In this document: positions 41,529 to 52,389 of the stretch, in pieces
Layout: each line of letters opens with the position of its first letter
How positions within the stretch are numbered: position 1 is the stretch's first letter
Origin: an uncultured Planctomycetota bacterium
GTDB taxonomy: Bacteria; Planctomycetota; Planctomycetia; Pirellulales; Lacipirellulaceae
Length of the DNA: 64,000 nt
NCBI GenBank assembly: GCA_963719315.1
Contig: CAVRBU010000005.1
Location: forward strand, 64,001 to 128,000
Direction: 5' to 3'
Program-made: the position numbers and the translations under genes
The notes under the pieces: generated by a model
The model's input: the letters and a program-made list of their open reading frames with translations, nothing else
What the model was told of the DNA's origin: nothing
Database searches by the model: none

Positions 41529-43016
41529 TCAAGCAGCCGCTTCCTTTTCGGCTTGGTCTTTGTCGCCCTTGTGGTCGTCGTCCTTGTCCCGCTTGGGAGG
41601 TCGGCGAAGATCATTATCGCGATCCCGAGGGGGTCCTCGGCGGCCATCCCGGTCAAACCCGTGCTCGCCACGGGGACCGTCGCCACGCGCTCCGGGACCA
41701 TCGCCCGGGGGCGGACCGCCGGGGCCGGGACCACCGAAGAATCGACCGGGTCCAGGACCTTCACCACCATCGCGCGGCGGACCTTCGGGACGGCGGGGTC
41801 GGCGATCGTCGCGATCTTCCGACGCACCATCACCAGGAGGTGGCCCATCCGGCCGGTGAAAGCGGCGGCCTTCGCCTTCCCCGCGCGGCCCAGGGCCGTC
41901 GCCTTCGGGACCAGGACCATCACCCGCACGGCCGAAGCGTTCGCGGCGGGGACCACGGTCTTCATCATTATCTGCTCGGCGACGATCACCGTCGCGAGGC
42001 GGGCCTTCGTGACGATCAAATCGCGGGTGTTCTCCGTCGCGGGGTGGCCACTCGCCGCGCATTGCAAATCGTTCACCACCTGGGCCAGCGCCACGCATTC
42101 CGTCGCCGTCGCCCCACTGCCCATGACCATCACCACGAAGTCCTTGGTCGTCTCGATCTCCGTGGTGCCAAGGTCCTTCGCCGCGCGGACCGCGGCCTTC
42201 GGCAAACTGCCAGCGGAAATTTCGCTGGAACTCGAAGCGATCGCGCTCGCCACGCGGCGGACCATCGCCGCGCATCGCGAAGCGCTCGCCACCTCGCCCA
42301 GGACCGGGGCCGCGCCACCCGAAGTGGTCGCCACGTGGACCGGGACCGAAACCACGCATTGCATAACGATCGCGGAACGGAGGGCCGCCTGGTCGTCGCA
42401 TGAATTCGCGGGCAAATCGACCGTCGCGCGGCCCAAAACCGCGACGCTCCGGACCGCGGAATCGACGGTCCGCTGTGGCACCATCGCGGGGCCGCCGGCC
42501 ATCGGGGCCGCGGCCTTTCGCACCCTTACCTTTGCGGAGACCATCAGGGCCGCGAGTTGCCGATCGAGAACCTTTCGGAGGGCCCTGCCCTGCGCCGGGC
42601 GGCATCGGCATGTGTTCGTGGACGAATTCGGCGAGCGCCTTGAATTCGTCTTTGCTCAATTTGCCGTCCTTGTCTTTGTCGAACTTTGCAAACAATTCTT
42701 CCGGCTTGGGCATGTGCGGCGGACCATCGGGGCCTGGTCGCCCTTCGACATGCGCGCCTTTCTCGGCGGGCTTGTCGCCTTTCTTGTTCGCCATCTTGAT
42801 GCGAAGCTCGCGAATTTTTCCCTTCGCATTTTCCCGTTCTTCTTCGCTGAGCTTGCCGTCACCGTCTTTGTCAAACTCCTTCAATATCTTTTCACGCATA
42901 TCGGCGTAGAGGCCGCCGTCGCCTTTCTTGGCTTCCTTATCTCCCGGTGCGGCCATAGCCGACAGGGCCAGCAACCCAACCGCCAGGAAGACGAAGCTGG
43001 AAAACAAATACCGCAT
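41529..43016 (-). CDS. Secreted EF-hand protein with long Gly/Pro/Arg/Asp low-complexity tail
   Basis: Signal peptide; FDKDGDGKLSEEE, FDKDKDGKLSKDE; DGPPR/GPGP repeats. Confidence 0.8.
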   Translation of the reverse strand: MRYLFSSFVFLAVGLLALSAMAAPGDKEAKKGDGGLYADMREKILKEFDKDGDGKLSEEERENAKGKIRELRIKMANKKGDKPAEKGAHVEGRPGPDGPPHMPKPEELFAKFDKDKDGKLSKDEFKALAEFVHEHMPMPPGAGQGPPKGSRSATRGPDGLRKGKGAKGRGPDGRRPRDGATADRRFRGPERRGFGPRDGRFAREFMRRPGGPPFRDRYAMRGFGPGPRGDHFGWRGPGPGRGGERFAMRGDGPPRGERDRFEFQRNFRWQFAEGRGPRGEGPWHHGDRDDQGLRGDGHGQWGDGDGMRGAGPGGERFAMRGEWPPRDGEHPRFDRHEGPPRDGDRRRADNDEDRGPRRERFGRAGDGPGPEGDGPGPRGEGEGRRFHRPDGPPPGDGASEDRDDRRPRRPEGPPRDGGEGPGPGRFFGGPGPGGPPPGDGPGARGDGPRGEHGFDRDGRRGPPRDRDNDLRRPPKRDKDDDHKGDKDQAEKEAAA

Positions 43017-43144
43017 GTTGTGTTCACCCTTTCCGATTGGTTCGTTGCGGTACGTGTGATAGCAAGAAAAGCTAGCGATCACCGCCTACAACATGGAACG
43101 ACGAGACCCGAATAAGTTATTGGCACTCATTACCCATCTACGTC

Positions 43145-43172
43145 TGAAACCCCGGCGACGTGGCATGGTTCC
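43145..43172 (-). promoter_or_regulatory. ECF-type promoter candidate
   Basis: Minus strand GGAACC-N16-GTTTCA upstream of the EF-hand gene. Confidence 0.5.
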
Positions 43173-43289
43173 GGGGGATTTTTGCCAACCGGGCATATTC
43201 GGGGCAGCCCGAGAAAGCGACTAACACGATGAGTCAACCGCTCTTCTTATTTGTCACGTTTTTCCGTTCCCAGAGTTTTGGCTTTCGGC

Positions 43290-43688
43290 TCATCCGGACG
43301 GCCTAAACGATACCCGCCAAGCTGCCAGCAGCATATAGCCAGTTGGCGATGGTTTAATTTCGCGGCAACTTCGGGCTGTTCGCGAATATGTAGGAACACC
43401 ATGGAAGAACCAAGAGACTAACGAGTGCAGGCACCAGAGGCCAAGGAAACCATACTCGCAATGACTGCATTTGTGCGAGTTTATCGCGAAGTGTACGTCG
43501 CATAAGAGCGCCGCCAATACCAATACGAATATCAAAGTCGCTGCAAGCGAAAAGGGAAACACAATTACCAGAACCTCGAACAATTCGTTGTGCTCTCCCG
43601 CCAGCGCGCCCAATAGTACCGCAACGTAAGTAGTAAGAATGAACATTCCGAGCAGACTGAATTGAAGGCCACGTTTCTTGTTGGTCAT
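43290..43688 (-). CDS. Low-GC hypothetical membrane protein with QFSL N-terminus
   Basis: MTNKKRGLQFSLLGMFILTTYVAVLLG; several hydrophobic segments. Confidence 0.55.
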   Translation of the reverse strand: MTNKKRGLQFSLLGMFILTTYVAVLLGALAGEHNELFEVLVIVFPFSLAATLIFVLVLAALLCDVHFAINSHKCSHCEYGFLGLWCLHSLVSWFFHGVPTYSRTARSCREIKPSPTGYMLLAAWRVSFRPSG

Positions 43689-43748
43689 TGCCCCGCCCCC
43701 AGCGCCATTTCGCGACGCCACGAACTGCTTCACGCCTCAAACGCGAGG

Positions 43749-44313
43749 CTAGGGATCGAGCTGCGCGAAGAGATCGCTGACGCTGCAACGAAACCCTGGC
43801 GCCACCGATTCACCATCGAGTGTATCACTGCCACTCAGCACGCGAATGTCCGTCAGCGAGCGATAGACCGTGACGCTTCGACCACCTGGATAGACGACCC
43901 ATCCCAATTCAACGCCCGCCGATATCCAGCGCCGCATTTTGTCGTCTACTTCTTCGGCCGTATCACTGGGCGAAACAATTTCCACGACGAAGGCTGGTGC
44001 TTCGGGGAAGAACTCTTTAGGGATGCCTATGGCTTGAACGCGATCATTTCGAATGAATGAGAACGTCGGGAGCAAGCACCGTGTCGGGATTTCGCCCAAT
44101 CTGAAAACCAGTTTCAGCACCAAAAACAAGTCCGAGTTTTTTCCTTTTTACGTGCTCTGCCAATCGATAGGCAACTTCCACGCTCAAAAAACCGTGCTCG
44201 CTTCCCGTGGGAGTCATTTTACGCAGTTCCCCCTCGATCAACTCGTACCGGAAGCCGTCATTCTGCTTACGAAATAGCTCGTCTGCAGTCGTGAGTCGCG
44301 TAGCGGTGCTCAT
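43749..44313 (-). CDS. Uma2/DUF820 family protein, frameshifted near 44065
   Basis: RYELIEGEL, AETGF, PDV / APAFVVEIVSPSD, GVELGWVVYP. Confidence 0.85.
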
Positions 44314-44346
44314 GCTGTAATTCTACCACGAGCCATGAGTTGCGGA

Positions 44347-45390
44347 TCACACCATCGCGTAGAAGCCCACGAATTCCTTGCACGAGACCGGCTTGATCTT
44401 GCGGGCCTGGCCGGCCTGGCCGAAAGCGGTCATGCGGCATACGCAGACTTTTTTCATCGCGTCGCGAGCCGGCTTCAGGTAGTCACGGGGGTCGAATTTT
44501 TCGGGCGCTTCGGCAAACACTTTGCGGATCGCCCCGGTGATTGCAAGGCGGTTATCCGTATCGACGTTGATCTTGCGAACGCCGTGTTTGATGCCGCGTT
44601 GGATTTCTTCAACCGGCACGCCCCAGGTTTGCTTGAGCTTGCCGCCGAATTTGTTGATGACGTCTTGCAGGTCTTGCGGCACGCTGCTCGAGCCGTGCAT
44701 TACGAGGTGGCAATTCGGCAGCCGGCGATGTATCTCTTCGATGCGGTCCATCGCCAGCACTTCACCCGTGGGCTTGCGCGTGAACTTGTACGCGCCGTGG
44801 CTCGTACCGATGGCGACGGCCAGCGCATCGACGCCCGTTTCGGCGACAAACCGTTCGGCTTCATCCGGATCGGTGAGCAGCTGGTCGTGCGTCAATTGGC
44901 CCTCGGCCCCGTGGCCGTCTTCCTTTTCGCCGTGGCCCGATTCGAGCGAGCCGAGGCAGCCCAGCTCGCCTTCGACGGAGACGCCGCGGGCGTGCGCTTC
45001 CTCACAGACTTCGCGCGTAACCTTCACGTTGTAGTCGAAGTCGGCCGGCGTCTTGCCATCCTCCTTCAGCGACCCATCCATCATCACCGAAGTAAAGTTG
45101 TTGTCGATCGCGCTCTTGCACGTGGCCGGGCTATTACCGTGATCCTGGTGCATGCAAATCGGCAGCTCGGGGTACAACTCGGCGGCAGCCAGCATCAGGT
45201 GCTTCAGGTAGTTGTCCTGCGAGTACGAGCGGGCGCCGCGCGAGGCCTGCACGATGACGGGTGAGTCGGTCTCGCGAGCGGCCTCCATGATGGCCTGGAT
45301 CTGCTCCATGTTGTTGACGTTGAACGCCGCAAGGCCGTAGTCGTTTTCGGCGGCATGATCGAGAAGCAGACGCATAGGAACGAGAGGCAT
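44347..45390 (-). CDS. fba: Class II fructose-bisphosphate aldolase
   Basis: [42 protein letters not shown]. Confidence 0.95.
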   Translation of the reverse strand: MPLVPMRLLLDHAAENDYGLAAFNVNNMEQIQAIMEAARETDSPVIVQASRGARSYSQDNYLKHLMLAAAELYPELPICMHQDHGNSPATCKSAIDNNFTSVMMDGSLKEDGKTPADFDYNVKVTREVCEEAHARGVSVEGELGCLGSLESGHGEKEDGHGAEGQLTHDQLLTDPDEAERFVAETGVDALAVAIGTSHGAYKFTRKPTGEVLAMDRIEEIHRRLPNCHLVMHGSSSVPQDLQDVINKFGGKLKQTWGVPVEEIQRGIKHGVRKINVDTDNRLAITGAIRKVFAEAPEKFDPRDYLKPARDAMKKVCVCRMTAFGQAGQARKIKPVSCKEFVGFYAMV

Positions 45391-45583
45391 AATGGAACTC
45401 CTTATCGACGGGGATCGCGGGCCAATTCGGCCGGTCGCGTTTGATATCGTTATAGAACCCGTATTTTAGCGGTATCGGACCGCGTCGGGGAGGGTACAGC
45501 AGAATCCCTTCCAAGGCCAGATTCGCGGCAGGACCGTCAGTGCTGCTCGCTCGAGAGGCGGCGCTAATGCATCGTTGCTGCCG

Positions 45584-48500
45584 CTAAACGATTGAAATCC
45601 CATCCTTCAACAGCGTATTGCCGAAATGCAAATTGCGAATGATTAGATCGTCGCCATTCACAACGCCGTTGTCGTCGCCGTCGGCTGCCAGGTTCGAACC
45701 AGTTTGATCAAGTTGGATTTGATAGATTATGTAATCAGCGGCATCGACTTCGTCATTCCCGTTGTAATCACCAATGAGTTCAAACACCTTGTCCACCATC
45801 GCGCCAGACACCCAACCGACACGGGTCGAGCCGTCGATACCGCGGAGAATAAGCGACTGCTCGATCTCCAAATCGCCCTCCGATATGTTCATTTCAATCG
45901 AACCTGGGGCGGTGGTGCGCTCGCGCGTAAGTACAAAATCCCAAGCCGGCAGCCAGATTTCCTGAGCGCCGGTCGTCTTGGCGAGATTAATTGCCTCACG
46001 GAGCGACAGCTTGGACGCACCGTGGGTGACGTCCCATGTATCGGCCACGCTGGTCACGACGTAATCAACTGACCCGATGTGATCGGTCAAGGCTTGCGTG
46101 AAACCGGTGACGCCCGTGGCAAACCGGTTATTGCCTAGTGAACTGAGAGTCCGATTGGCGCCAACGAATATGTTGGGGTTGTTTCCCAAACTGTCGGTGT
46201 TGTTGGCCACGATCGTGGTTTCGATTGTCACCGTGCCGCCAGTGTCGGTGGAGCTGGCTAAATAGATACCACCTGCTGTGTTGGCCGCTGAATTGGAAGT
46301 AATGACGCTGGCCTTGATCGCGCCGGAGGCGTAACGGTCGAAATAGATGCCTCCGCCATTGCCGTTGTTGCCGGTTTGGTTGCTGACGATCGCGCTGTAG
46401 CTCAGGTGCAGCTCGCCATAATCCTGTACGCGAATAGCGCCGCCATTCCACTGATTCGGGGTGTTTACGGCATGGCCCATCATGAGCGTGACTCGTTGCA
46501 AGTCGAGCGTCGCAAAGGAGTTGACATTCAAGACGCGGTCGACGCTGGACGACAGTCCGCTCGCATCGATGATGCTCACGCCTGCGCCAGCTCCGATGAT
46601 CGTGAGCTCGCCAATGACATCCAAATCGCCTTGTGTATCGTAGAGCCCGCCGGAGATACTGAGCAAATTCGTCCCCGCCGGCAGGAAGATATAGGCTTTG
46701 AGGCCATCGAAGTTGGTCTGCTGGACAGCCGCGCGCAGCGTAATCTGGTCGTCCGCGTCCATGCTGCTGTCTGCGCGGCCGTCCTCAAGCGAGAAATCGG
46801 CCGCGTCGGCTAAAGTTGGGTCGACAAAATAACCGGTGTGCGTCCCGTCGCTATCAAGCACAAACACATTGTCCTCGCCGGCGCCGCCGATGAAGTTGAA
46901 GTCGAAACCGGCTCGCGGCAGCGGATCGCCGGCAATGAAATCAATCGTAAACGTGTCAGCGCCATCGTCGCCGTTGTACACGAAGTTGCGGAGCGCGCTC
47001 GCCCCCCTGCCAAAGAGCGTGAGGTGATCGGTACCAGTGCCGCCATTTACGGTGATATTGGCATCAATGTTCGCGTCAATAAATATTGTGTCAGTTTCTG
47101 CCAACCCGCTGATAACGATCGAGTTTACCGTGGCCATGAGTCCAGCGAATTGGATGTGGCCATTAACGGTCACCTCGAGATAGTTGGGATTAAGAATGCT
47201 CAGGCCCACCACAATGTTATCACTGGTTGCCGTGCCACCATCGTCGCCTGCGATCGTCAGGACGTTGTCGCCGGTAACGCTCAGCAACGACGCGTTGGCG
47301 TAAATCGCGTCGAGATCGGTTCCTCCGCCTGGAATGCGGCTGGCCCACATAGCATGTGCCGTACCACCGTAAGCTGCAAATCCAATATATTCGAGATAAT
47401 CAAACTCGTTTCCGTCATGCTCGTTCGAAGATTGGCGGCTGACATTAGCAGCAGTAAAAGTTACTCCGCCGTCAGTACTCGTTGCGATCCGTGCATTCAC
47501 ATCACCTGGGGCTTGGCCGCCATCCGTGGTGTAGTACAACACGTTGACGCTACCCGTAATCTGATCCACATCGACCCAGGGATGAAAGTTATTTGCGTCG
47601 GCGTTCTCCACCGTCACGCGGTTCCAAATTACGGCGGCATTTGACGCCGCAGTGTCAGCGTTATCGCAGTAGGCAAGATAGATTTTTGTATCTGGGAGGT
47701 CGGCAGCGTCCGTGGCAACGTCAACGTAAACCAAGTAGAGCCGGCCGCTAGTTCTGTCAATGTCGAGAGCAGGAACAGAATAGATGCCGTTAACGGGTGC
47801 CGCATAAGTTTGGTAGTTATACAACGAGTAGTTGAGATTGGTCCCGCCAATCGCAGCATCGCTCTCGAACGTAGAGATACCCCACAGGCCGTCCAAATCA
47901 CGGTCAAAGAGGAGGGTGCCTACACCGGGAGTGCTTAACATGTCGCGATGCCAACTCACGTACAACTCACCAGTCCGGTCAACCGCGAAGTCCGGAAAGT
48001 ATTCTCTAGAAGCTGGGTTTTCGTTCACCTGCACAGCGGGCAAGAACGAGAAAGCGTCCGCATGCCCCAATTCGTGCGATCCAGTTACCTTGATGTAAAC
48101 GTAACTCTGACCTTCGAGGACCTGCGTATATGATACGTAAACCGCTGGAACATTATTGATGGGGTCAATCCCGACAGCGAGCCCCGGCGTATGAAATATG
48201 GTGCCGCCGAGGGACTCGTCGACTTTTCTGAAATCGCCAATTTGGAACGTTGTGCCGCCATCGAAGCTCCGAGCGGCGATAAACATGCTAATAGCAATTC
48301 CTCCCGGCGTCGGCGCAGTCGAAGAGAATGAATAGCAGATGTAGAGATTCCCAAGAGTATCGAAGGCGATGGCGGGATCGTAACGATTGCCTGGATTCTG
48401 CGCATCAGCAACGGCCGCTGTAAGCAGCGTGTCATGCGCGAGATCAATCGTGGTGACGCCCCAATTGGCACCTCCGTCGTGAGTATGCAAGACATCAATT

Positions 48501-48805
48501 ACGTTCTCCGTAGGAAGTCGATGTGTGATTCCCGCAATGTTGAGCGGATTCGCCGGATTGACATCCAGCATGATTTCGTCTTGCGTCGTCGTGCTGGATA
48601 GCTGTTGACCAAGCGCCTGTTGGCTGACGTTTACGGGTAGGCTCCCGACCGGCATTTGTGGCCCGTTAAGGACCAAGTTGACGGACAGCAGGCTTCGATC
48701 TTCAAGTTATTCAAAAAATGTGCGGCGCGTGTAGTCTGAGACGGTTCGTCGGGTTCGGCGCAGACGCTTAACGCGCCGTCCGAAGAATCGTGGAATGCCA
48801 TTCAT
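45584..48805 (-). pseudogene. Large secreted protein (LEDR-type N-terminal motif, Asp-box propeller, CSLREA-like, beta-helix, dockerin-like) with in-frame TAA at 48707-48709
   Basis: Reads RRTFFE*LEDRSLLS in one frame; THDGGANW, SFDGGTTF, STDGGVTF; TLRAAV, SLREAI; GDYNGNDEVDAADY. Confidence 0.75.
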
Positions 48806-48831
48806 CAGCGAATCCTTTCCTGCCGGTAGTT

Positions 48832-49479
48832 CTATCGCCTGCTTCGAATTCTCAGTAACAATGTCAGCGCAAATTCCACGAGCAGCAAACACGATGGCTC
48901 TGGCACAACGGTTAACGAGTCAAGACTCGCAAAAATGTCGACCCGGGGGCTCATAAGGTTGGCGCCCAGCAATGTCATATGCATTTGCGGCTCGAACGCT
49001 CCATCAAGCGACGGCGGCGACAAGGGAAGTACGTTAGGGTCCGAAAACAAGTTGTCTTTGGTAACGCCGAGGCCAAAAAATGTGCGGTAAATAGCCGCCG
49101 GAAGTGGCGGACTCGACGTGAACTCTATAAGACCGCCCACTCCATAGGAGTTTTGAGTAATACCAATGGGATAAGAGAGGGCTTCGAGCCAAAGATTTCC
49201 AATAAGGACGCGTAAGGCTGTATCCGGCAAGCTGATATTGAAGACGCCCCTACTGGGATCCTGAACATCGTCTGGTGTCGTCGAGTCAAATCTATAGAAG
49301 CCGGTAATTGGATCGCCAATCCCCGGAAAATCGAAGCCTTCTAAGTTATCTCTATCAACTACAGTTGTAACGGTGCCGGAGAACTGAAACGTGATTAGCT
49401 CGCCGCTGGATTCGGTCGCTAACGACACGCTCAGAAGAATCGCGCCAAGTATCGCACAAGTTCGCAGAATTCGATTCAT
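48832..49479 (-). CDS. PEP-CTERM protein
   Basis: Signal peptide, ITFQFSGTV, VPEPS-TM-RSRR. Confidence 0.85.
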   Translation of the reverse strand: MNRILRTCAILGAILLSVSLATESSGELITFQFSGTVTTVVDRDNLEGFDFPGIGDPITGFYRFDSTTPDDVQDPSRGVFNISLPDTALRVLIGNLWLEALSYPIGITQNSYGVGGLIEFTSSPPLPAAIYRTFFGLGVTKDNLFSDPNVLPLSPPSLDGAFEPQMHMTLLGANLMSPRVDIFASLDSLTVVPEPSCLLLVEFALTLLLRIRSRR

Positions 49480-49555
49480 GATGCGACCCCGTCGATTTGG
49501 ACTTACGCGGAGCAATTCGATAACGTCGATTGGCCTTCAACCAACAATCATCTTA

Positions 49556-50522
49556 GAACCCCTAACAATACTGTCTACTAGCAGTGCTAGTAATTGATTC
49601 GAGTCGTTGTGGAAGATGTAAAACTTGTTTTTGAAATTGCAGTCGTGACACGGCGTTGATTGTCCCCAGAATTCCTTTGGAGTGAAACCAACTATCTGGA
49701 GGACCAACGATGGCTAAAGAATTAGTTCCTGACGAATTGTGGGAGATGTTGTCTCCTTTACTCCCTGAACACGAACCGAGCCCCAAAGGAGGCCGACCGC
49801 GGATCGATGATCGCAAAGTCTTGACCGGAATCATTTTTGTTTTACGAACGGGTATTCCTTGGGAATATCTTCCCCTGGAAATGGGATGTGGATCTGGAAT
49901 GACCTGCTGGCGACGGTTACAGGAGTGGCACGAAGCAGGCGTCTGGGAGGCGTTGAAACAAACATTGTTGGAGAATCTGCACAGCGCCGATCAACTCGAT
50001 TGGTCGCGAGCGGCAGTCGATAGTGCGACGGTTCGTGCTGTAGGGGGCGGCGAAAAAACGGGACCGAACCCAACGGATCGGCGAAAACCCGGCAGTAAAC
50101 ATCATGTGGTCACCGATGCGAACGGCGTCCCGCTCAAATTCATTCTCACCGCCGCCAATCGACACGACGTGACCCAACTGATCCCGTTGATTGACGGAAT
50201 CGAGCCGGTGGCGGGCAAACCGGGCCGGCCGAAACAGCGTCCGGAAGAGGTGTATGCGGATCGGGCGTACGACTCCGAAAAGCACCGACAAGCACTCCGC
50301 GATCGCGGCATCAAACCCCACTTGGCTAAACGCAATACGGAACATGGCAGCGGCCTAGGAATTTATCGTTGGGTTTCCGAACGTACGCTCAGTTGGATGA
50401 ATAATTTCCGGCGGCTGCGAACGCGATTTGATCGGAGGGCCGATATCCATAAAGCCTTTGTGACTCTGGCTCAATCTCTCATCTGCTTCAACATACTCAC
50501 CGAAGGGTTTTGTTAGGGGTTC
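49556..50522 (+). mobile_element. IS5-family insertion sequence, apparently intact
   Basis: Terminal IRs GAACCCCTAACAA / TTGTTAGGGGTTC, flanked by TTA direct repeats. Confidence 0.92.
49710..50516 (+). CDS. IS5-family DDE transposase (single ORF)
   Basis: GRPRIDDR, RTGIPW..LP, VDSATV, ADRAYD, RWVSERT..W...RRL. Confidence 0.93.
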   Translation: MAKELVPDELWEMLSPLLPEHEPSPKGGRPRIDDRKVLTGIIFVLRTGIPWEYLPLEMGCGSGMTCWRRLQEWHEAGVWEALKQTLLENLHSADQLDWSRAAVDSATVRAVGGGEKTGPNPTDRRKPGSKHHVVTDANGVPLKFILTAANRHDVTQLIPLIDGIEPVAGKPGRPKQRPEEVYADRAYDSEKHRQALRDRGIKPHLAKRNTEHGSGLGIYRWVSERTLSWMNNFRRLRTRFDRRADIHKAFVTLAQSLICFNILTEGFC

Positions 50523-50695
50523 TTAGCATCATTTCAAAGGAAGACAGAACTTTTGGCTAAATCCGGCCAAATGCAGCGGATTGATTGAGTTCTCTTCGAG
50601 CGTCATCTCGCTCTGATATGCCATTGGCTGTTTGCTGCGGAATTCGGCTCACGGCTTCAGCTGAGAGTTCGGCCGAACGAAGCGAGCCAACTACA

Positions 50696-51583
50696 CTACA
50701 AATTCGCGGCGTTGGCGAACGTGTCGCTGGGGGGCACTTCGGCCAGGCGGATCAGAATCAGCTTTTGCCGCAGGCCGTCGGCGGAGTCGACCGTGTGGAA
50801 GTAGTGGCCGAGCCGGCTGCCGGCGTCCGGCAGGCTCATCAGCACGAGTGATTCGCCGGGGGCGAGCTTCACGGATATCCGGAGACGATCGAAGACCTCG
50901 CGATCGCGGCCCATTACCTGCCGCATGATGCCTTCCTCACCGCTGTAGCGGAGCCGCGAGGCGCCGTAGTGCAATTCGGGCGTGAGCTCGACCAGCGTCG
51001 ATCGGTCGGGCTGCGGATCGACGCGGAGCGCGTAAATGGCCTGCGCCTGTTCGTAGGTGTGGCCGCCGAGCTCGGCGCCGCCTCTGACCAATAGCGGCAG
51101 CGAAGCGTAGACTTCGGAGGCTTGAATTTCGGTGCGTTGCTTGCGGCGCAAGCGGGTCGTGCGACCGTGCACGATCGGTTCGGAGAGCAGCTCGGCGGTT
51201 TGCACTTTGGTCGAGGGCGTGGGATCTCCGACGGGCGGCGGCGCGTCCGGTCGCTCGTCTTGATGCATGATCTTGGCGATGGCCGGCGGCATGGCGCCGG
51301 AGATCACGCCGGCGCGGAAGCCGTTATTGATCAATTCGCGCCGGACGGCGGGCTCGATCTGCGTCTCGTCGATTTCTTGCCAGGCCGAATCATCCAGAAC
51401 CGGATCGTTTGCCGGAAAGCGGGCCCATACGATGTCCATCGCCACGCTATCGGGCGAGGCCTGCGCGGGCTGCAACGGCGAGCGGCCTTTGAGTGAGACG
51501 TGCGCACGGGTAAATGGTTGGCAGCCGCTCGCCAGGCAGGTGAGCAGCGCAAGCGCGGCGCCGAAGTGAGTGGCGGTTTTCAT
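50696..51583 (-). CDS. Hypothetical lipoprotein
   Basis: Lipobox LASGC after a short hydrophobic stretch. Confidence 0.7.
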   Translation of the reverse strand: MKTATHFGAALALLTCLASGCQPFTRAHVSLKGRSPLQPAQASPDSVAMDIVWARFPANDPVLDDSAWQEIDETQIEPAVRRELINNGFRAGVISGAMPPAIAKIMHQDERPDAPPPVGDPTPSTKVQTAELLSEPIVHGRTTRLRRKQRTEIQASEVYASLPLLVRGGAELGGHTYEQAQAIYALRVDPQPDRSTLVELTPELHYGASRLRYSGEEGIMRQVMGRDREVFDRLRISVKLAPGESLVLMSLPDAGSRLGHYFHTVDSADGLRQKLILIRLAEVPPSDTFANAANL

Positions 51584-51755
51584 CAATCGCGCGGCCAGAA
51601 GAGTGGGTTCCAATCCCTTGGAACGGGCCGCGGAGAGTAGATAAAACGGCAATCGCCGTCAATGCAAGCTGTCGTCGTTGAGATGGGCGGCGCTAGCACA
51701 CCGCGCGTTGAGAACTCGCTCGCGCTCGACCCGAGCCACCCGGCCGTGCCCCTAC

Positions 51756-52331
51756 TTACTTCTTGATTTCACCTTCGAACGTCGGGCGGACGCTGTGTTC
51801 GACGACGCGGTCGCGGACGCCGACGAACTCCAGCACCGCGCGTGTGCCAGCATCGCCGAGACGTGGCTTGGCAAGGCGAAGAATTCTCGTGTAGCCGCCG
51901 GGGCGATCGGTGAAACGGGGGGCGACCTCGGTGAATAGCGCGCGAACGGCGCCCTTATCGCCGAGAAGTTGCAAGCAGCGACGCCGGGCGGCGACGGCCG
52001 GGGCGATCGCCTGATTCCACTTGCTCCAACGTTCGCTCTGGCGCCACGCTTTCCAACTATCGCTGCCTCGGTCGGCGGTCGTGCCGAACTCGTCGGCCGC
52101 CTGCTCTGCCACGAGGCCGCGGCGGGCGACGGTGATGCATTTCTCGACGAGCGGACGGACTTCCTTGGCCTTTGAGATCGTGGTAATGATCCGACCCTTG
52201 ACCTTGGGCTTGTTGTCGTCGAATTCGGCGTCACGCTCCGTTAGGAACAGCGCGCTGGCGAGGCTGCGGAGGAGCGCGCGTTGATGACTGGGGCTTCGGC
52301 CGAGCTTTCGGCCCTTTTTTCGATGTCGCAT
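51756..52331 (-). CDS. rplQ: 50S ribosomal protein L17
   Basis: MRHRKKGRKLGR, ITTISKAKE, RPGGYTRI. Confidence 0.95.
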   Translation of the reverse strand: MRHRKKGRKLGRSPSHQRALLRSLASALFLTERDAEFDDNKPKVKGRIITTISKAKEVRPLVEKCITVARRGLVAEQAADEFGTTADRGSDSWKAWRQSERWSKWNQAIAPAVAARRRCLQLLGDKGAVRALFTEVAPRFTDRPGGYTRILRLAKPRLGDAGTRAVLEFVGVRDRVVEHSVRPTFEGEIKK

Positions 52332-52389
52332 GGTGCACCGTGTTCTTATCTTGCGAGCTAATCCGCAAGCGATTGTTTTGTTGCTTCTA

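Noticed and set aside
41553..43115. 520-aa plus-strand ORF (also 52504-54126, 33689-35002, 39887-41215)
   Set aside because: Antisense shadows of recognisable genes in high-GC DNA
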